Part shown: in pieces, positions 24,995 to 37,428 of the stretch
Layout: each line of letters starts with the position of its first letter
Numbering within the stretch: position 1 is the stretch's first letter
Origin: Octopus vulgaris
Lineage: Eukaryota
Assembly (NCBI GenBank): GCA_951406725.2
Contig: OX597822.1
Location: 110,174,001-110,238,000, forward strand
DNA length: 64,000 nucleotides
Direction of reading: 5' to 3'
The notes under the pieces: generated by a model
The model's database searches: none
What the model was told of the DNA's origin: nothing
Seen by the model: the letters and a program-made list of their open reading frames with translations, nothing else
Position numbers and translations under genes: made by a program

Positions 24995-25332
24995 AACAAC
25001 AAACAAGCTGAGGACAAGTACTTGTCAAATGTAAATAATGTAAATAATATTTTCTTTTTGCTGTTTGAGGTTTCCCATGGGAACCGTACTATTGTGTACA
25101 TTTCTATTTAATGTATGTTAATGAGATATATTTTTGAATTTAAAAGTGTTTAGAAGTTGAAGAAAATCACCATTGGTGGCGCGTGGTTCTGCCTCCTGTG
25201 ATAATATAAGAGACAAAAGCACGGTTCCTGGGATGACATAAACAAAACCAAACGATTTTGAAGAAACTACTGATGCCATTGATGTCTTCGGTAAAGCTAC
25301 CATTAATGTTGTTGTCAAAAACGTCTTAAATA

Positions 25333-25725
25333 TTAGTTTCAAATTTTGGCACAAGACCAGCAATTCCAAGGAGGTAGAAATTCGATTACAGTAGTGTTCA
25401 ACTGCTACTTATTTTAAGAAGCCCGAAAGGATGAAAGGGAAAGTCGACCTCGGTGCAATTTGAACTCAGAACATAAAGACGGACGAAATACCTATTTCTT
25501 TACTAGCCACAAGGGGCTAAACACAGAGAGGACAAGCAAGGACAGACAAAGGGATTAAGTCGATTATATCGACCCCAGTGTGTATCTGGTATTTATTTAA
25601 TCGACCCCGATAGGATGAAAGGCAAAGTCGACCTCGGCGGAATTTGAACTCAGAACGTAGCGGCAGGCGAAATACCGCTAAGCATTTTGCCCGGCGTGCT
25701 AACGATTCTGCCAGTTCGTTGCCTT
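25333..25725 (-). mobile_element. SINE-B dimer: tail-type-1 copy joined to a tail-type-2 body at GAAATAG|GTATTTCG
   Basis: Junction at 25485-25498. Confidence 0.88.
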
Positions 25726-25759
25726 AAACAGGCCGTCACTACATCATCTACTTTGCTTT

Positions 25760-26220
25760 TGCAAACATCACAGAGTTTGTATGACATCACTTAATTTCTT
25801 TTTCTATGGCGGTCATCACAAATATCATCAATATCGTTGTCTCTGGCGTCACCTCCGTGTGTGTGTGTGTGGTCTCTGACGTAATTGATGGCTCTCCTTG
25901 ACGTCATCGATGTCATTTCTTTGGACATCATCCATTTGGTTGTCACTGACATCATACATATAGTCTCCACTGGCGTCATATATGTAGCTATGTCTGTAGT
26001 CATGTATGTGCTTGCCTCTGGTGCCATCAATATGGTCGTATCTGACATAATGTGTGGTCGTCTCTCTATATGATTGTCTCTGACGTCATTTATGTGGTGA
26101 CAAATGACGTCATCCAGTCATCGGTGATTCCACCCAGTCGTTACTGACGTCATCCAGTCATCACTGCTATCCAGTCGCCATTGACGTCATCCACTCGCCA
26201 CTGACTTTATCTTTGTCGCC
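25760..26220. repeat. Degenerate tandem repeat built on GTC(A/T)CTGACGTCAT
   Basis: Five perfect TGACGTCA (25899, 26081, 26105, 26145, 26182) plus near matches. Confidence 0.8.
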
Positions 26221-27164
26221 TGGCAAATTTCTTTATTGCCAATTGTTGTATATAATTTTTCACTGAAACACTCCACGTAAAACTATATTAAATTCTTAAA
26301 ATGGCACACAGTCAAAAATTTAGAAGTAGATTCAGTCGACCTCATGTCAGGTAATAGTGTACTAGTTAGATGATTATAAAACTTTACCGATCTCAGAGAC
26401 TGGTAGAGTAGCAAAAACAGAAAGATGTGGAGCAAAATACCTTGGCTTTTCTATTACACGCGTTTATTTTTGCGTCGAAATCCAACTATAGTCGTTATTT
26501 CTGCCAGAATAAATTTAATTAACAATATCACCACTTTCTAAATGTAAGTCCTAGGCCAAACGTTAGAAATCGCTGTTCTCTAATTAGTGACATTTACCTT
26601 AACACTTTCTTTGTGTTGTCCATCGATCGAAATTAGTTACAACCAAATCCACTATAATTTTGTCATTTATGTTTTCAAATCTTTATCATAACACCATGAG
26701 TCTCCTGAAATTTAGGTGATTATATTTTATTATCACAATTTCGTTTACGTTTATTTTCCTACAGAACGAACCCTTTTATTCCGATTCATATATTAAGCCA
26801 ATGCCAAATACACTATCATTATTATTAATTTTATCATATATCGGCGTTCAAATTGTTTTCCCTCTTACTTTTGTACGATGACAATCAGTAGGCAAGAAAT
26901 ACCTTTTGTGTTCCAGCAATAACTAGACTCGAAACAGTTAATTCTATATTATTCCTGCTGAGCTTCTCCAATTACTACCAATCAGGTGAGATTTTTATTG
27001 GCCTCGCTAACATATAATAGCAGAGACTTGCTATTTTGATTCTCTCGTATGGACGCTTCTATGACTTTAATTACTCCCGACTTCTCTCTCTATCGGACTT
27101 GTTTCGTGGGTTTGATTATGATTAGATCTGAAGTATTGCGTAAAATTATCTATCTATCTATCTA

Positions 27165-27219
<55 letters not shown>

Positions 27220-27263
27220 AAGTATATGACGCATGTGTATGTATGCATCTATGCATATATGAA

Positions 27264-27301
<38 letters not shown>

Positions 27302-27304
27302 CGT

Positions 27305-27562
27305 GGAGGCGCAATGGTCCAATGGTCCAGTGGTTAGGGCAGCAGACTCGCAGTCGTAGGATCGCGGTTTCGATTCCCAGACCGGACTTTGTGAGTGTTT
27401 ATTGAGCGAAAACACCTAAAAGCTCCACGAGGCTCCGGCAGGGGGTGGTGATCCCTGCTGTAATCTTTCAATACTATTTCGCCCTTCTATTGGCCTGCTT
27501 GCATTGTGACCAGCGATGTGTAACAACATCTGATGGTCTGCTCGGTCACATGATCACGTGAT
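27305..27562 (+). mobile_element. SINE family C
   Basis: Matches 7045-7359 with an internal deletion. Confidence 0.87.
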
Positions 27563-27566
27563 ATAT

Positions 27567-27957
27567 AGGCGTAGGAGTGGCTGTGTGGTTAGTAGCTTGC
27601 TTACCAGCCACATGCTTCCGGGTTCAGTCCCACTGCAAGTGTCTTCTACTATAGCGTCGTGCCGACCAAAGCCTTGTGAGTGGATTTGGTTGACGGAAAC
27701 TGAAAGAAGCCTGTCGTATTTATGTGTAGATATATATATGTGTGTGTGTGTGTTTGTGTGTCTGTGTTTCTCCCCCAACATCGCTTGACAACCGATTCTG
27801 GTGTGTTTACGTACCCGTAACTTAGTGGTTTGGCAAAAAAAGACCAATAGAATAAGTACTCGGCTTACAAAGTCATGGGGTCGACTTTCTCGACTAAAGG
27901 TGGTGCTCCAGCATGGCCGCAATCAAATGACTGAAACAAGTAAGAGAGTAAAAGAGT
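27567..27957 (+). mobile_element. SINE family A
   Basis: Family match. Confidence 0.9.
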
Positions 27958-28185
27958 ATATATATAAATGTATGCATAATATGTCCGCATATGTATTTAT
28001 GTATGTATATATAAATGCATACGTACATATTTATTATTCTTAATCAAGAATGTAGTTAAATGTTCGAAGTTTCCGTCAGCTAAGACATAGTGGGACTGTT
28101 GACAAGGCTCTCGTTTAAGAATAACAAGTTTGTACTTTGCAAAAATATGGAGTAAACTATCAGATAGAATTGTTTTTATTATAAC

Positions 28186-28355
28186 TGGGCAGTATCGTCC
28201 GTCTTTAAGTTCTGAGTTCAAATTCCGCCGACGTCGACTTTACCTTTCATCCTCATAGGGTCGATAGATTATGTAACAGTTGAGTACTGGGTTCGCGGAA
28301 ATCAACTTCTCCCCACCCAGGAAGTTGCTGGCCTTGTGCCAACATTTGAAACCAT
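28186..28355 (+). mobile_element. SINE family B, tail type 2, degraded head
   Basis: GTTCTGAGTTCAAATTCCGCCG...GCTGGCCTTGTGCCAACATTTGAAACC. Confidence 0.8.
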
Positions 28356-28709
28356 TATAACTGATTATAAAAACAAACTTTAATATTTAAGATAAACCTC
28401 TACTGATGATTTATAGATGTCTATGTAAGTAAAATTACATATTACATTAGTAATGAAACAATTATTCAGGGTGAATCTATTTCTTCGTTATGTTTCACTT
28501 TCCTTCCGTTAAATGTAATGTTATTTCTACTTGGAAACATCTTTTCTGTGGCTATACTAACGGAGCTATTTTTAGCACTAGAGCTATCGACATAGTGGCA
28601 ACTCTTTAATAATTTATGTATAAATTTGTATTATCTCCCTAGTTTTACGTGCTAAGCCACTTGGTGTTAAATTAATGGCATTAATTAATATCAATTTTCC
28701 ACCCTCATT

Positions 28710-28745
<36 letters not shown>

Positions 28746-28750
28746 GCTAT

Positions 28751-28900
28751 AGGGGCACAGGCGCAACTGTATGATAAGAAGCTTTCTTTTAACCCCGTGG
28801 TTCCGGGTTCAGTCCCACTGCATAGCATCTGGTATAGCCACGAGCCGACCAAAGCCTTACAAGTGAATCTGGTAGACGGAAACTTAAAGTACGTCGTGTA
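28751..28900 (+). mobile_element. SINE family A, 5' half
   Basis: GGTTCCGGGTTCAGTCCCACTGC...GGTAGACGGAAACT. Confidence 0.8.
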
Positions 28901-29010
28901 TATATATATATATATATATCAAACCAGGAATTTGTGATCCTTGTGCAAAGACACACACGCACACACACACATACGCACACACACACACACACACAAACTC
29001 ACACACATGC

Positions 29011-29402
29011 ACTATGAAAATAATAAGGGTAGAAAATTTCGAAAAATTTTCCTACCAGTGGCTACAACGCGTAATAAATTCAATAGACAACATATTTTCA
29101 TATATAACAGTGTATAAACAATTCACATATTTATACACGAAAGAGTAACCTTTGACAGGACACCTTACATGCTAGAAAGGGCAGTTAAACCCCGAACCAC
29201 GAATAAGAGCAATTTCTTATTCGTGGTTTGGGCTATAACTGCTCTTTCTAGCATGTAAAGTATCCTGTCAACGGTCACCTCTTACGTTAATTGTTTATAC
29301 ACTATTATATATGAAAATATGTTGTCTATTGACTTTATAACGCATGCTAGCCACGGGAATGAAATTGTTTCTAGATTTTCTACCCTTATTAATTTTCACA
29401 GT
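29011..29402. repeat. Imperfect palindrome, arms about 190 bp (fold-back element)
   Basis: AATAAGGGTAGAAAAT ... ATTTTCTACCCTTATT; centre CCACGAATAAGA-GCAATT-TCTTATTCGTGG at about 29211. Confidence 0.9.
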
Positions 29403-29680
29403 ACAAGTTTCGTAGTTTGAAAGCCTTTCTAGTACGCAGTTTCAATATTTTTTATTATAATTTGCCACCAAATGTAACTGCGCTTGCGCGGTGGATTTGA
29501 AAATTATAATGTATAAGTATGTAGCACGTGTATTTCCGGTGATATTTCCATAAATGTGCATTAATTTTAGCGCCCTCACGGAAGAAGTACGAAGAGCAAA
29601 TTAATCCATTTTGCACATTGATACAGAAACTTGAGTCTGAGGGTAACTACAAAAATATATTTTTATTTACATTCCCTCTT

Positions 29681-29746
<66 letters not shown>

Positions 29747-29869
29747 ACTTTTGACATTTGTACTACCCCTTCCTCTATCTATAAATAGAAAAAAATCTTG
29801 TTTGTCTCCATTCAACGAAGAATAAAAAAAAAGCCTCCCCATTGATAGATCTAAATAACAAAGTGAACT

Positions 29870-30146
29870 CAATGATAAAACCTACAGACGGGGAATGAAC
29901 ATACTACCAACATGTTCTTAATGATAAAATTAACCTCTCTGTCTACATATCTACCCTCTTTGTAATGTTGGCAAATGAAATAGAGATAAGAATGTACATT
30001 GTCCGGTTAATTGGAAAATTCTATAAGTGGCTGAATATTGCTCGACATTTTAAAACTGATGTAATACTTACAGTGTTTAATAAAATGAAGTAGCATGAAA
30101 CAATTGTACTACTCTACCTTGGAAATCCTTGTTGCTTATTTTGCTT
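29870..30146 (+). repeat. Dispersed repeat of about 280 bp, copy 1 (copy 2 at 37841-38117)
   Basis: Colinear similarity, e.g. ATATCTACCCTCTTTGTAAT and TACAGTGTTTAATAAAATGAAGTAGCAT in both. Confidence 0.85.
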
Positions 30147-30186
30147 ATATATATATGTATATATATATATGTGTGTGTATGTGTGC

Positions 30187-30226
<40 letters not shown>

Positions 30227-30284
30227 AAGATCAAATGAATAATTGAATGATAACAGACGATGGATAATTGTCAGCACCTCACGC

Positions 30285-30572
30285 AACTCTACCAGTTACT
30301 CGGGAGAAGCGAAGGGGACAAATATGGCCCCAACTTACGTGAACGTATTGCTTGGCTATGTTGAAGCTGAAATATTCCCACACTTTATCGTTTCCACTCC
30401 AGAGCTATACTATTAATACATTGACGTATGTATTGGTGCTGCTTCACTCGCGCGTGAACAACTTGACTTCTCGAAACGTTAAAGACTTTTCACTCCCCGA
30501 GCGTTAAACTAATAGATCTGTTTGTTGTCTACACCACCTGTCTTCGTCTTTTGCTTTTTTGTGAATTGTCCC
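30285..30572 (+). mobile_element. Penelope-like element reverse transcriptase fragment (pseudogene)
   Basis: Frame from 30285: SGEAKGTNMAPTYVNVLLGYVEAEIF...PELYY*YIDVCIGAASLAREQLD, resembling the PLE RT motifs G.AMGT.MAP.YAN...GY.E and RYIDD. Confidence 0.75.
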
Positions 30573-30596
30573 ATATATATAGATGAATGACTACTA

Positions 30597-30668
30597 AAAG
30601 TGGACAGCCTGTGTGCTAGATATAGACGTCAAAATCGCCATATATCTAGCATACAGTCTGTCCACTTT
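30597..30668. repeat. Short hairpin element related to the 1885-2100 palindrome
   Basis: AAAGTGGACA..TGCTAGATATAGACGTCAAA.TCGCCA shared; 28-bp arms. Confidence 0.8.
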
Positions 30669-30675
30669 CTACCTT

Positions 30676-30715
<40 letters not shown>

Positions 30716-31149
30716 AATAATATTAAGGCAGAATGCTAAATTGAATGTAAATTCTAATAAAAAGGGTGTATGGAAAATTAAAAAAGAAAAAACATAAATG
30801 AAACCGGTTCTCATCGCAAGGCAAATTTTCAAGATTTGGAAGGGGAAAATAATTTTTTTGTAAATTGAGGAAGGGGAAGAAAGAAATTTACAATGTTTTT
30901 TTAAAAAAAATAATAATGCATATATACAAAAATTAATAAATAAGTATACCAATACATTGTAGAGTCTTTATGCCTTTAGAGTTAAATAATAGTCCTTGGA
31001 AAATTTTCTTTGGAGGATTAAGATCCATCTGCTTAAAAGTAGTGCTTGGTTTAAAGCGTTTGGTAAATATGTGTCAAAACAAAATATGGGGTAGGAGTTA
31101 TCCAATTCCTATGAGTAAGTGGAGACAACTCTGTGGATTTTATGCTCTT

Positions 31150-31192
<43 letters not shown>

Positions 31193-31220
31193 GTGTGTGT
31201 ATGCATATGTATATATACAT

Positions 31221-31640
31221 AGGCGCAGGAGTGGCTGTGTGGTAAGTATCTTGTTTACCAACCACATGGTGCCGGGTTCAGTCTCACTGCGTAGCAACTT
31301 GGGCAAGTGTCTTCTACTATAGCCTCGGGCCGACCAAAGCCTTGTGAGTGGATTTGGTAGACGGAAACTGAAAGAAGCCCGTCGTATATATATATGTATA
31401 TATATATGTGCGTGTATGTGTTTGTGTGTCTGTGTTTGTCCCTCTAGCATTGCTCGACAACCGATGCTGGTGTGCTTATGTCCTCATAACTTAGCGGTTC
31501 GGCAAAAGAGACCAATAGAATAAGTACTGGGCTTACAAAAGAATAAGTCCCGGGGTCGAGTTGTTCGATTAAAGGTGGTGCTCCAGCATGGCCGCAGTCA
31601 AATGACTGAAACAAGTAAAAGAGTAAAAGAGTAAAAGAGA
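31221..31640 (+). mobile_element. SINE family A (full length, tail (GTAAAAGA)3)
   Basis: Family match. Confidence 0.92.
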
Positions 31641-34203
31641 TATATATCATGCTCTTTTATGTTCTGTAACATAGGATTGAATAAAATATCGTCCGGCTGA
31701 AGCAAAGAGTGGTGTAAATATGCTTGACTGAGAGTATTTCCTCAACAAGGCCACAGTTCAACAGATTGAAACCTTCTGCCAAAATATATGTTAAAGTACA
31801 GAATGGCAATTATCCAACGAAGATTAATAGAAGAAAGAAAAAAAAGCAGTATTAAAGAATGCCGTTTGTTAGTGGAAATTGGTAGGAAACAATGTGTGTG
31901 GCAAATGGCTAATTGTATTCGACGGAGCGAAACATGTGTGGAACTAGATTTCTGCCTTAATCGTGATTTTTAGATGAGTTAAATGCATATAAATGACGAG
32001 GTTTTGCAAGGAACTTGTCATGGCACATCGGAAGCCGTTTCTAAGTTGAAGATGAAGTCAATTGTAGTTTGACTACACTTAATGAACACCTAATGAAAAA
32101 CTTGCTAGCTCACGGCATCAAATTAGAATATTTAGGAAAACGTCAACATTTCGATTAAGCAAACAACTTTTTATTGCTTATCTTCCCCAGGCTCCCTCTA
32201 CCGATAAAACATCTCAACGATATCTCTCTGAACAACGTGAAGATGTTCGAATAGTTATAGGATTTGTTTCCAAACTACAGGAAGTATCCTAAAATCTAGA
32301 TTTCTTTGAAGATTATAAATAAGAGCCAACATATAATAATTAATAGGAACTAGAAGCGTAAAATCGATCAGAACCTTATCTGAATTTCGGTAAATAAAAG
32401 AAAATTGCATTGACTAGACAATGCAATAAACTAGTAATTAATGTGGGCTCAGTTCTTTTTGTTGTTTCTCAAATGCATGGTATCTATTTCGCATTTCTTA
32501 GTTAACAGCTTGGAAAAGATACAAAATCGCCAGAGAATGTTGTTATAAATTAGAGCTCAATCCAATAGACTTTGTGGGTTAAGATTCGGATGTAGGAGAC
32601 CCTGGTACTCATGAAAATATCACATAGCAATGGGAAAGTTTGTAGATATTGTTCCAATCCTTTTAAAATTGTCTATATATTTATGAATTTGATCACAAAA
32701 GTTGATATTCTGATTGCTGCAAATAACAACGAGATCAACAATATTTTATGTTCACACTTTAATTTCATCAATGGATTAATACTTCTTCTGAATTACTTAA
32801 TAATTCATTAAACAGCATTGCTACCGACTCTTGTTTAGATTTATCAGGATATCTTCCCCACCATTTAATTGGATTGTTGATGATATTCAATAATTGATTG
32901 ATTGTGATTCACTAAACACGTTAATTGTTAGTAATTTGAACTTAAGTAGTTTATTTAAACATATTTTCAGTTCAGTTTAGTTTTGCTGAAATATCTCCCT
33001 CATAATTACGTATAATCGCATGATATTGACTTGTTTATTCGTAAGAGTCATAAAATTAATTTACAGTATAAATTTATATGGTATATTTCCTGATACATTT
33101 TCGCACAATATCATAAGAGTGATCGATATGCACTGGAATGTGTATTGGTTATCCTATTATTTTAAGAAAACGAAGGATAGAGAGGGGTGGGGCAGAGAAA
33201 TGCTTGGTACTCCGTTAGGCCATCTACGCATGGAAAAGTTGATATTGTTGATGTTCGATTTGAAACTTCTGCGAGTTGATTTTGAAAATGAAGAGGAATA
33301 GAGAAGGCGTTTTGGAGGATGTTGGTTCTGAAGAGAGAAGGAATATACAGAAATAGACCGTTAAAAACCGGTTGACATTTACACACCTCGTCTTTTTGTC
33401 ATAAGAGAGTCTTAAAAGCTACATTAGTTATAAATCTGGATCAATCAAGGTGTCTATTAATAAGGACGTCTAGGATCTGTTAATAATAAATATTTTCAAT
33501 TTCCTGCCTTAGATCCTTCAGCTCCAGAAGGCCCATTGACTGAATGGTGGTACTATGTTTCCGATTGGCTGCGATGTTGTAGGATGCCATCCTACAACAT
33601 CGATTTATAGGTTGTTGGAGACACTTAATTCCAAGTCAGCTCATATGAAAACATATGAACAAATATATTCGAACCGAGACAGTCGCATCTTTTTAATTGT
33701 GTGTTTGAACTACATTATTCAATAAGTACCATCACACTTTTCATAAACAATGACATCTGAATTGAGAGAAATTTGGTTGCCGTTGGAGTGGCCGCACGGA
33801 GGCTTCGCGAGTGGATGTAGGTGTTTTCTTTTCTTTACCCATGCACTGTTAAACAAGACGCATTTGGTCTTGTCTATAGAACACTGGAAATGCGATGTGT
33901 TTTGACAATATATTTAATACTCAACTGACAATTAGTTTACGTAACAGTAATACAAAGTTTTCACAGTCTACTCTCTCTGTATTGTGTTGACAATTTATAG
34001 TTGACGAGTAGATATTCGACTCACAGTTATGAGTTCAATTCTTGAGGTGGGAAATTTATCAGCCTTAAACTTGGAAAAGAATAAGAAAAAAAAGCAAAAA
34101 CAAAAAAACAAGAACAATGATGAGCAAGAACCATAAAAGTACAGACGGATAAGAAGACAAATTTATCTGAGATTATATTAATTGATTATTAATTTCCGTT
34201 GTG

Positions 34204-34470
34204 TCTGGGGAGAGTCATTTTTCTTTTGTAACACACTCACCGGTAAAGTTTCTACTTTTTTCTTTTCTTTTTCCTAACATTTTCGTTGCGTCTTGCAACC
34301 TTTTCAATAGTCTTAACTCTGAACCTTTTCAATAGTTTTGACTCTCAAGACTATTGAAAAGGTTGCAAGACGCAACGAAAATTTTAGGAAAAAAAAAACG
34401 AAATAAGTAGAAATTTTACCGGTGAGTGTGTTACATTATAAGGCACAAAAAGAAAATGACTCTCCCCAGA
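34204..34470. repeat. Fold-back element with a central tandem duplication
   Basis: TCTGGGGAGAGTCATTTT / AAAATGACTCTCCCCAGA termini; TTTTCGTTGCGTCTTGCAACCTTTTCAATAGTCTT pairs with its exact reverse complement. Confidence 0.9.
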
Positions 34471-35394
34471 GATAATAGAATATGCCTCAACAGACGAACT
34501 CATTTAAAGAATCTTGCAAACCAAATCCCAAAACGAAATTATTAATTTCCTTTTAACGCTAAATGTGTTCTTGAGAAAATAACTTAATTATTCCTGCGTC
34601 GATTGAAATCTATCACACGTACTTACTCAGAAATTTGGTGCATTCTTACTCGTGTCATTTCTATTATAAAATCAATGAATTCATCTTCATATATGCTCAT
34701 GCACACAGTTGGAATGTTACGTACATACATTAGACGAAACTGAAGATAATTTTCTTAGTATTTCAGATGTTAATTATATTTCTAAGCATTCATTAAACGT
34801 AACATTACATCCACAAGGCCAAACGTCATCAAAATAACAATAATAGCTATTGTAATGATATGGCTATAGACTAATATTAAGCTGACAATGAGCAAGCATT
34901 GCTTTACATTATGCAGTATCTTGTATTATAATAGAAATATACTGATGCATTAGATACTGAAATTACAATAAGCTGGTTCTACATTCGATACCACAATTAC
35001 ATTTGACTGATATTCTATTAGACGTCACAATCGCAATCTGATGATGGGTCATTCGATATTACAATAATAACAACGATTGTTATTGCATTAACTAAATTTG
35101 ACATTTATATAGTATTAGGTATTAATCATAATGAGATAATGGTACGTTAGGTATTGTAATAGCAATCCACTGATGATAGAAGATATTGTAATGCCAACGG
35201 ACTGATGTAATACTAACAATCACAAAAAATGCAGTTGGTATCTTGTTCACAATGAATGTCAATAGTAGAGTATTTTGGGAGTAATGGTGTGTCAATAATA
35301 AAAATGAACTTTTAGAATTATCTGTGTATCATAATAGCCAATATAAATGTTAGTTGGTTGAAATCTACAGTCACGTTTAATACAGCTTCATATT

Positions 35395-35441
<47 letters not shown>

Positions 35442-36096
35442 TAGCGAGCTAGATGTACGCACACACAGAGATATTGTTTACGTAATAAAAATTTTGAAAC
35501 TTCGAATGAGAACTAATTCGTTTGTCAAGGTTGAGCTCCGCGTAGATAAAGCTCTAACTAATAGTAGCATATAAATATTGATTTAAATGATTTGAAGATT
35601 GTCGATGGGACTTGGGCCCACATTCTCTGTATACACGACAGACATTTTACCGATGAGCTAAGGAAAACCTCCGGGTTTCTCTGTTCCTTTTGGAAACTAT
35701 TTCTTACCAGTAATAGAAATTCAGTGAGGGTTAATATAAGAAGTTAAGGTCGACAGAAGAATGCTGAAGTTGACAACCATAGGCAGGTGGATGGTAAAGA
35801 TGATAAAAGCTACGTCGTTGACGAACGCCAAATATATGACACGCTCTCACACACACACACATATACACTCATAAGCACAAACATGCACACATATACGGAA
35901 TATTTGTGTCCATGATACACGCATGTATACGTAACTATATAACAACAGTTTTAGTGTAAGGGTAAGCATGACAACGAGTTGGTAGGAAGAGGTAAAGAAG
36001 CAGTAAGTTTGCTTAGACAAATGCACACATACATGTGTGTGAGTGTGTGTGAGTGTATGATGGTTTGTATGTTTATTTATGCATGTAATATTTAAT

Positions 36097-36590
36097 ATCA
36101 AGAGAATACCCACCATCAGGCATTCTGAACGCCTTACTTCCCTGGGCATGGACGCATTGAAACTCCGACGTCTGGCAGCTGACTTGGCAGACACCCATAA
36201 AATTATTAACCATCTTACTAACAATAACTCTGAGCACCTTTTCAAACTCCACCCGTCTAATACCCGTGGACATATTGACAAAGTCAGAAAACAGCACAGC
36301 TCCCATGACTTTCGGAAACATTTTTTCACGCTGAGAGTTGCTGAAGCATGGAACAAACTGCCGGCATCAGTTGTTAGTTGTCAGAGCACTGCATCCTTCA
36401 AAACTTCCATGCTTCCTAAGATTCGCCAACACTACACCTGATTTTCTCCCCTCCATACACACAAGCATGTATCTGACTCATACACTGTTCGCTTTCCAGA
36501 CATTTGTACATTACTGCATATGCTTTATACGCACTTTTGACACGTTGTGGTGCACCTGAGCACTGTATACAATAATTTCATTATTATTAT
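36097..36590 (+). mobile_element. 5'-truncated CR1/L2-group LINE: ORF2 C-terminus, 3' UTR and (ATT)n tail
   Basis: ERLTSLGMDALKLRRLAADLADTHKII...NTRGH..K......DFRKHFFTLRVAEAWNKLP..VV....ASFK is the typical CR1/L2 ORF2 end; stop at 36441. Confidence 0.88.
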
Positions 36591-37381
36591 AATTATTTTT
36601 CAATAGTGAATGTTTACCCATGGTGGCAAAAATATACTTCCAATGACACTCGTTATATGACGAGTAACACCCAAATTCGTTAATACGACTCAAGAATTAA
36701 AATAGTGAATATTTAAAAAATGTGATTCGCTCATTTATATCCATCATTGTATGAGAACGATTAGATAATATATTAGATAATGCCACTACAATATAATTAT
36801 ATTGTTATAACTGCAAATTATTAAATATTATGAAAGAAAAAAACCTGGTGGCAATAGCGTTTTAGCTGCAGCAATATTTAATGTTGAAATAAAGGACTTT
36901 AGAATGATTAATTTGCGTTACCGGTTTGGAAGTCATTATGGAACCATTGAAGAGTAACGGATTCAGTCGTAAGTTGTAAAAGGTCGGCCTCTCTTCATCA
37001 TCTTCAGTTAATGCCACTGTTCCATGCTGACATGGCTTAGACTAATTAAGCACAATTTACACGCCATGCTGTATTTTTATAGCTTAAAGTTACTTAAGAT
37101 TTCACGTGTTAGTGTTAATAATTTATTAGACGAGATGATTAAAAAAAAAATGACAACTGTTTAAAAACATAATTCTAATAAAAGTAAATCTGACATTACT
37201 CTATCGAGGATTTACTAGTTTACAGTTCCTTATTCAGTTTTCAAATAAAACAAAGTAAACATTCTAAAATTTTAGAGACATACTAGATATTAACGGTCGA
37301 ATTTTATTTTATACAAAACGAAACATAACTTGTCCCTTGTTGAATGCAAAAGGTGTTATAGAATGTGTCTATCTCTGTATG

Positions 37382-37427
<46 letters not shown>

Positions 37428-37428
<1 letters not shown>

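Larger units (their letters stand above)
23937..25048. mobile_element. Head-to-head inverted pair of a hammerhead-containing (Penelope-type/retrozyme-like) element
   Basis: 23970-24120 is the reverse complement of 24898-25048; both arms are linked by (ATT)n/(AAT)n to a central hairpin at 24783-24828. Confidence 0.85.

Noticed and set aside
24920-25111. Duplicated ORF MRTQVRNFPKTPDEGWKVYQ (also 23881-24099)
   Set aside because: A product of the inverted repeat; PDEG is the translation of the hammerhead core region CCTGATGAAGG.
25760-26220. CRISPR-like array (also 8810-9270)
   Set aside because: Eukaryotic context, degenerate units, no constant repeat with unique spacers, no cas genes.
31700-32300. 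Possible hAT transposase relic
   Set aside because: Only faint resemblance across frames; no TIR or TSD found.
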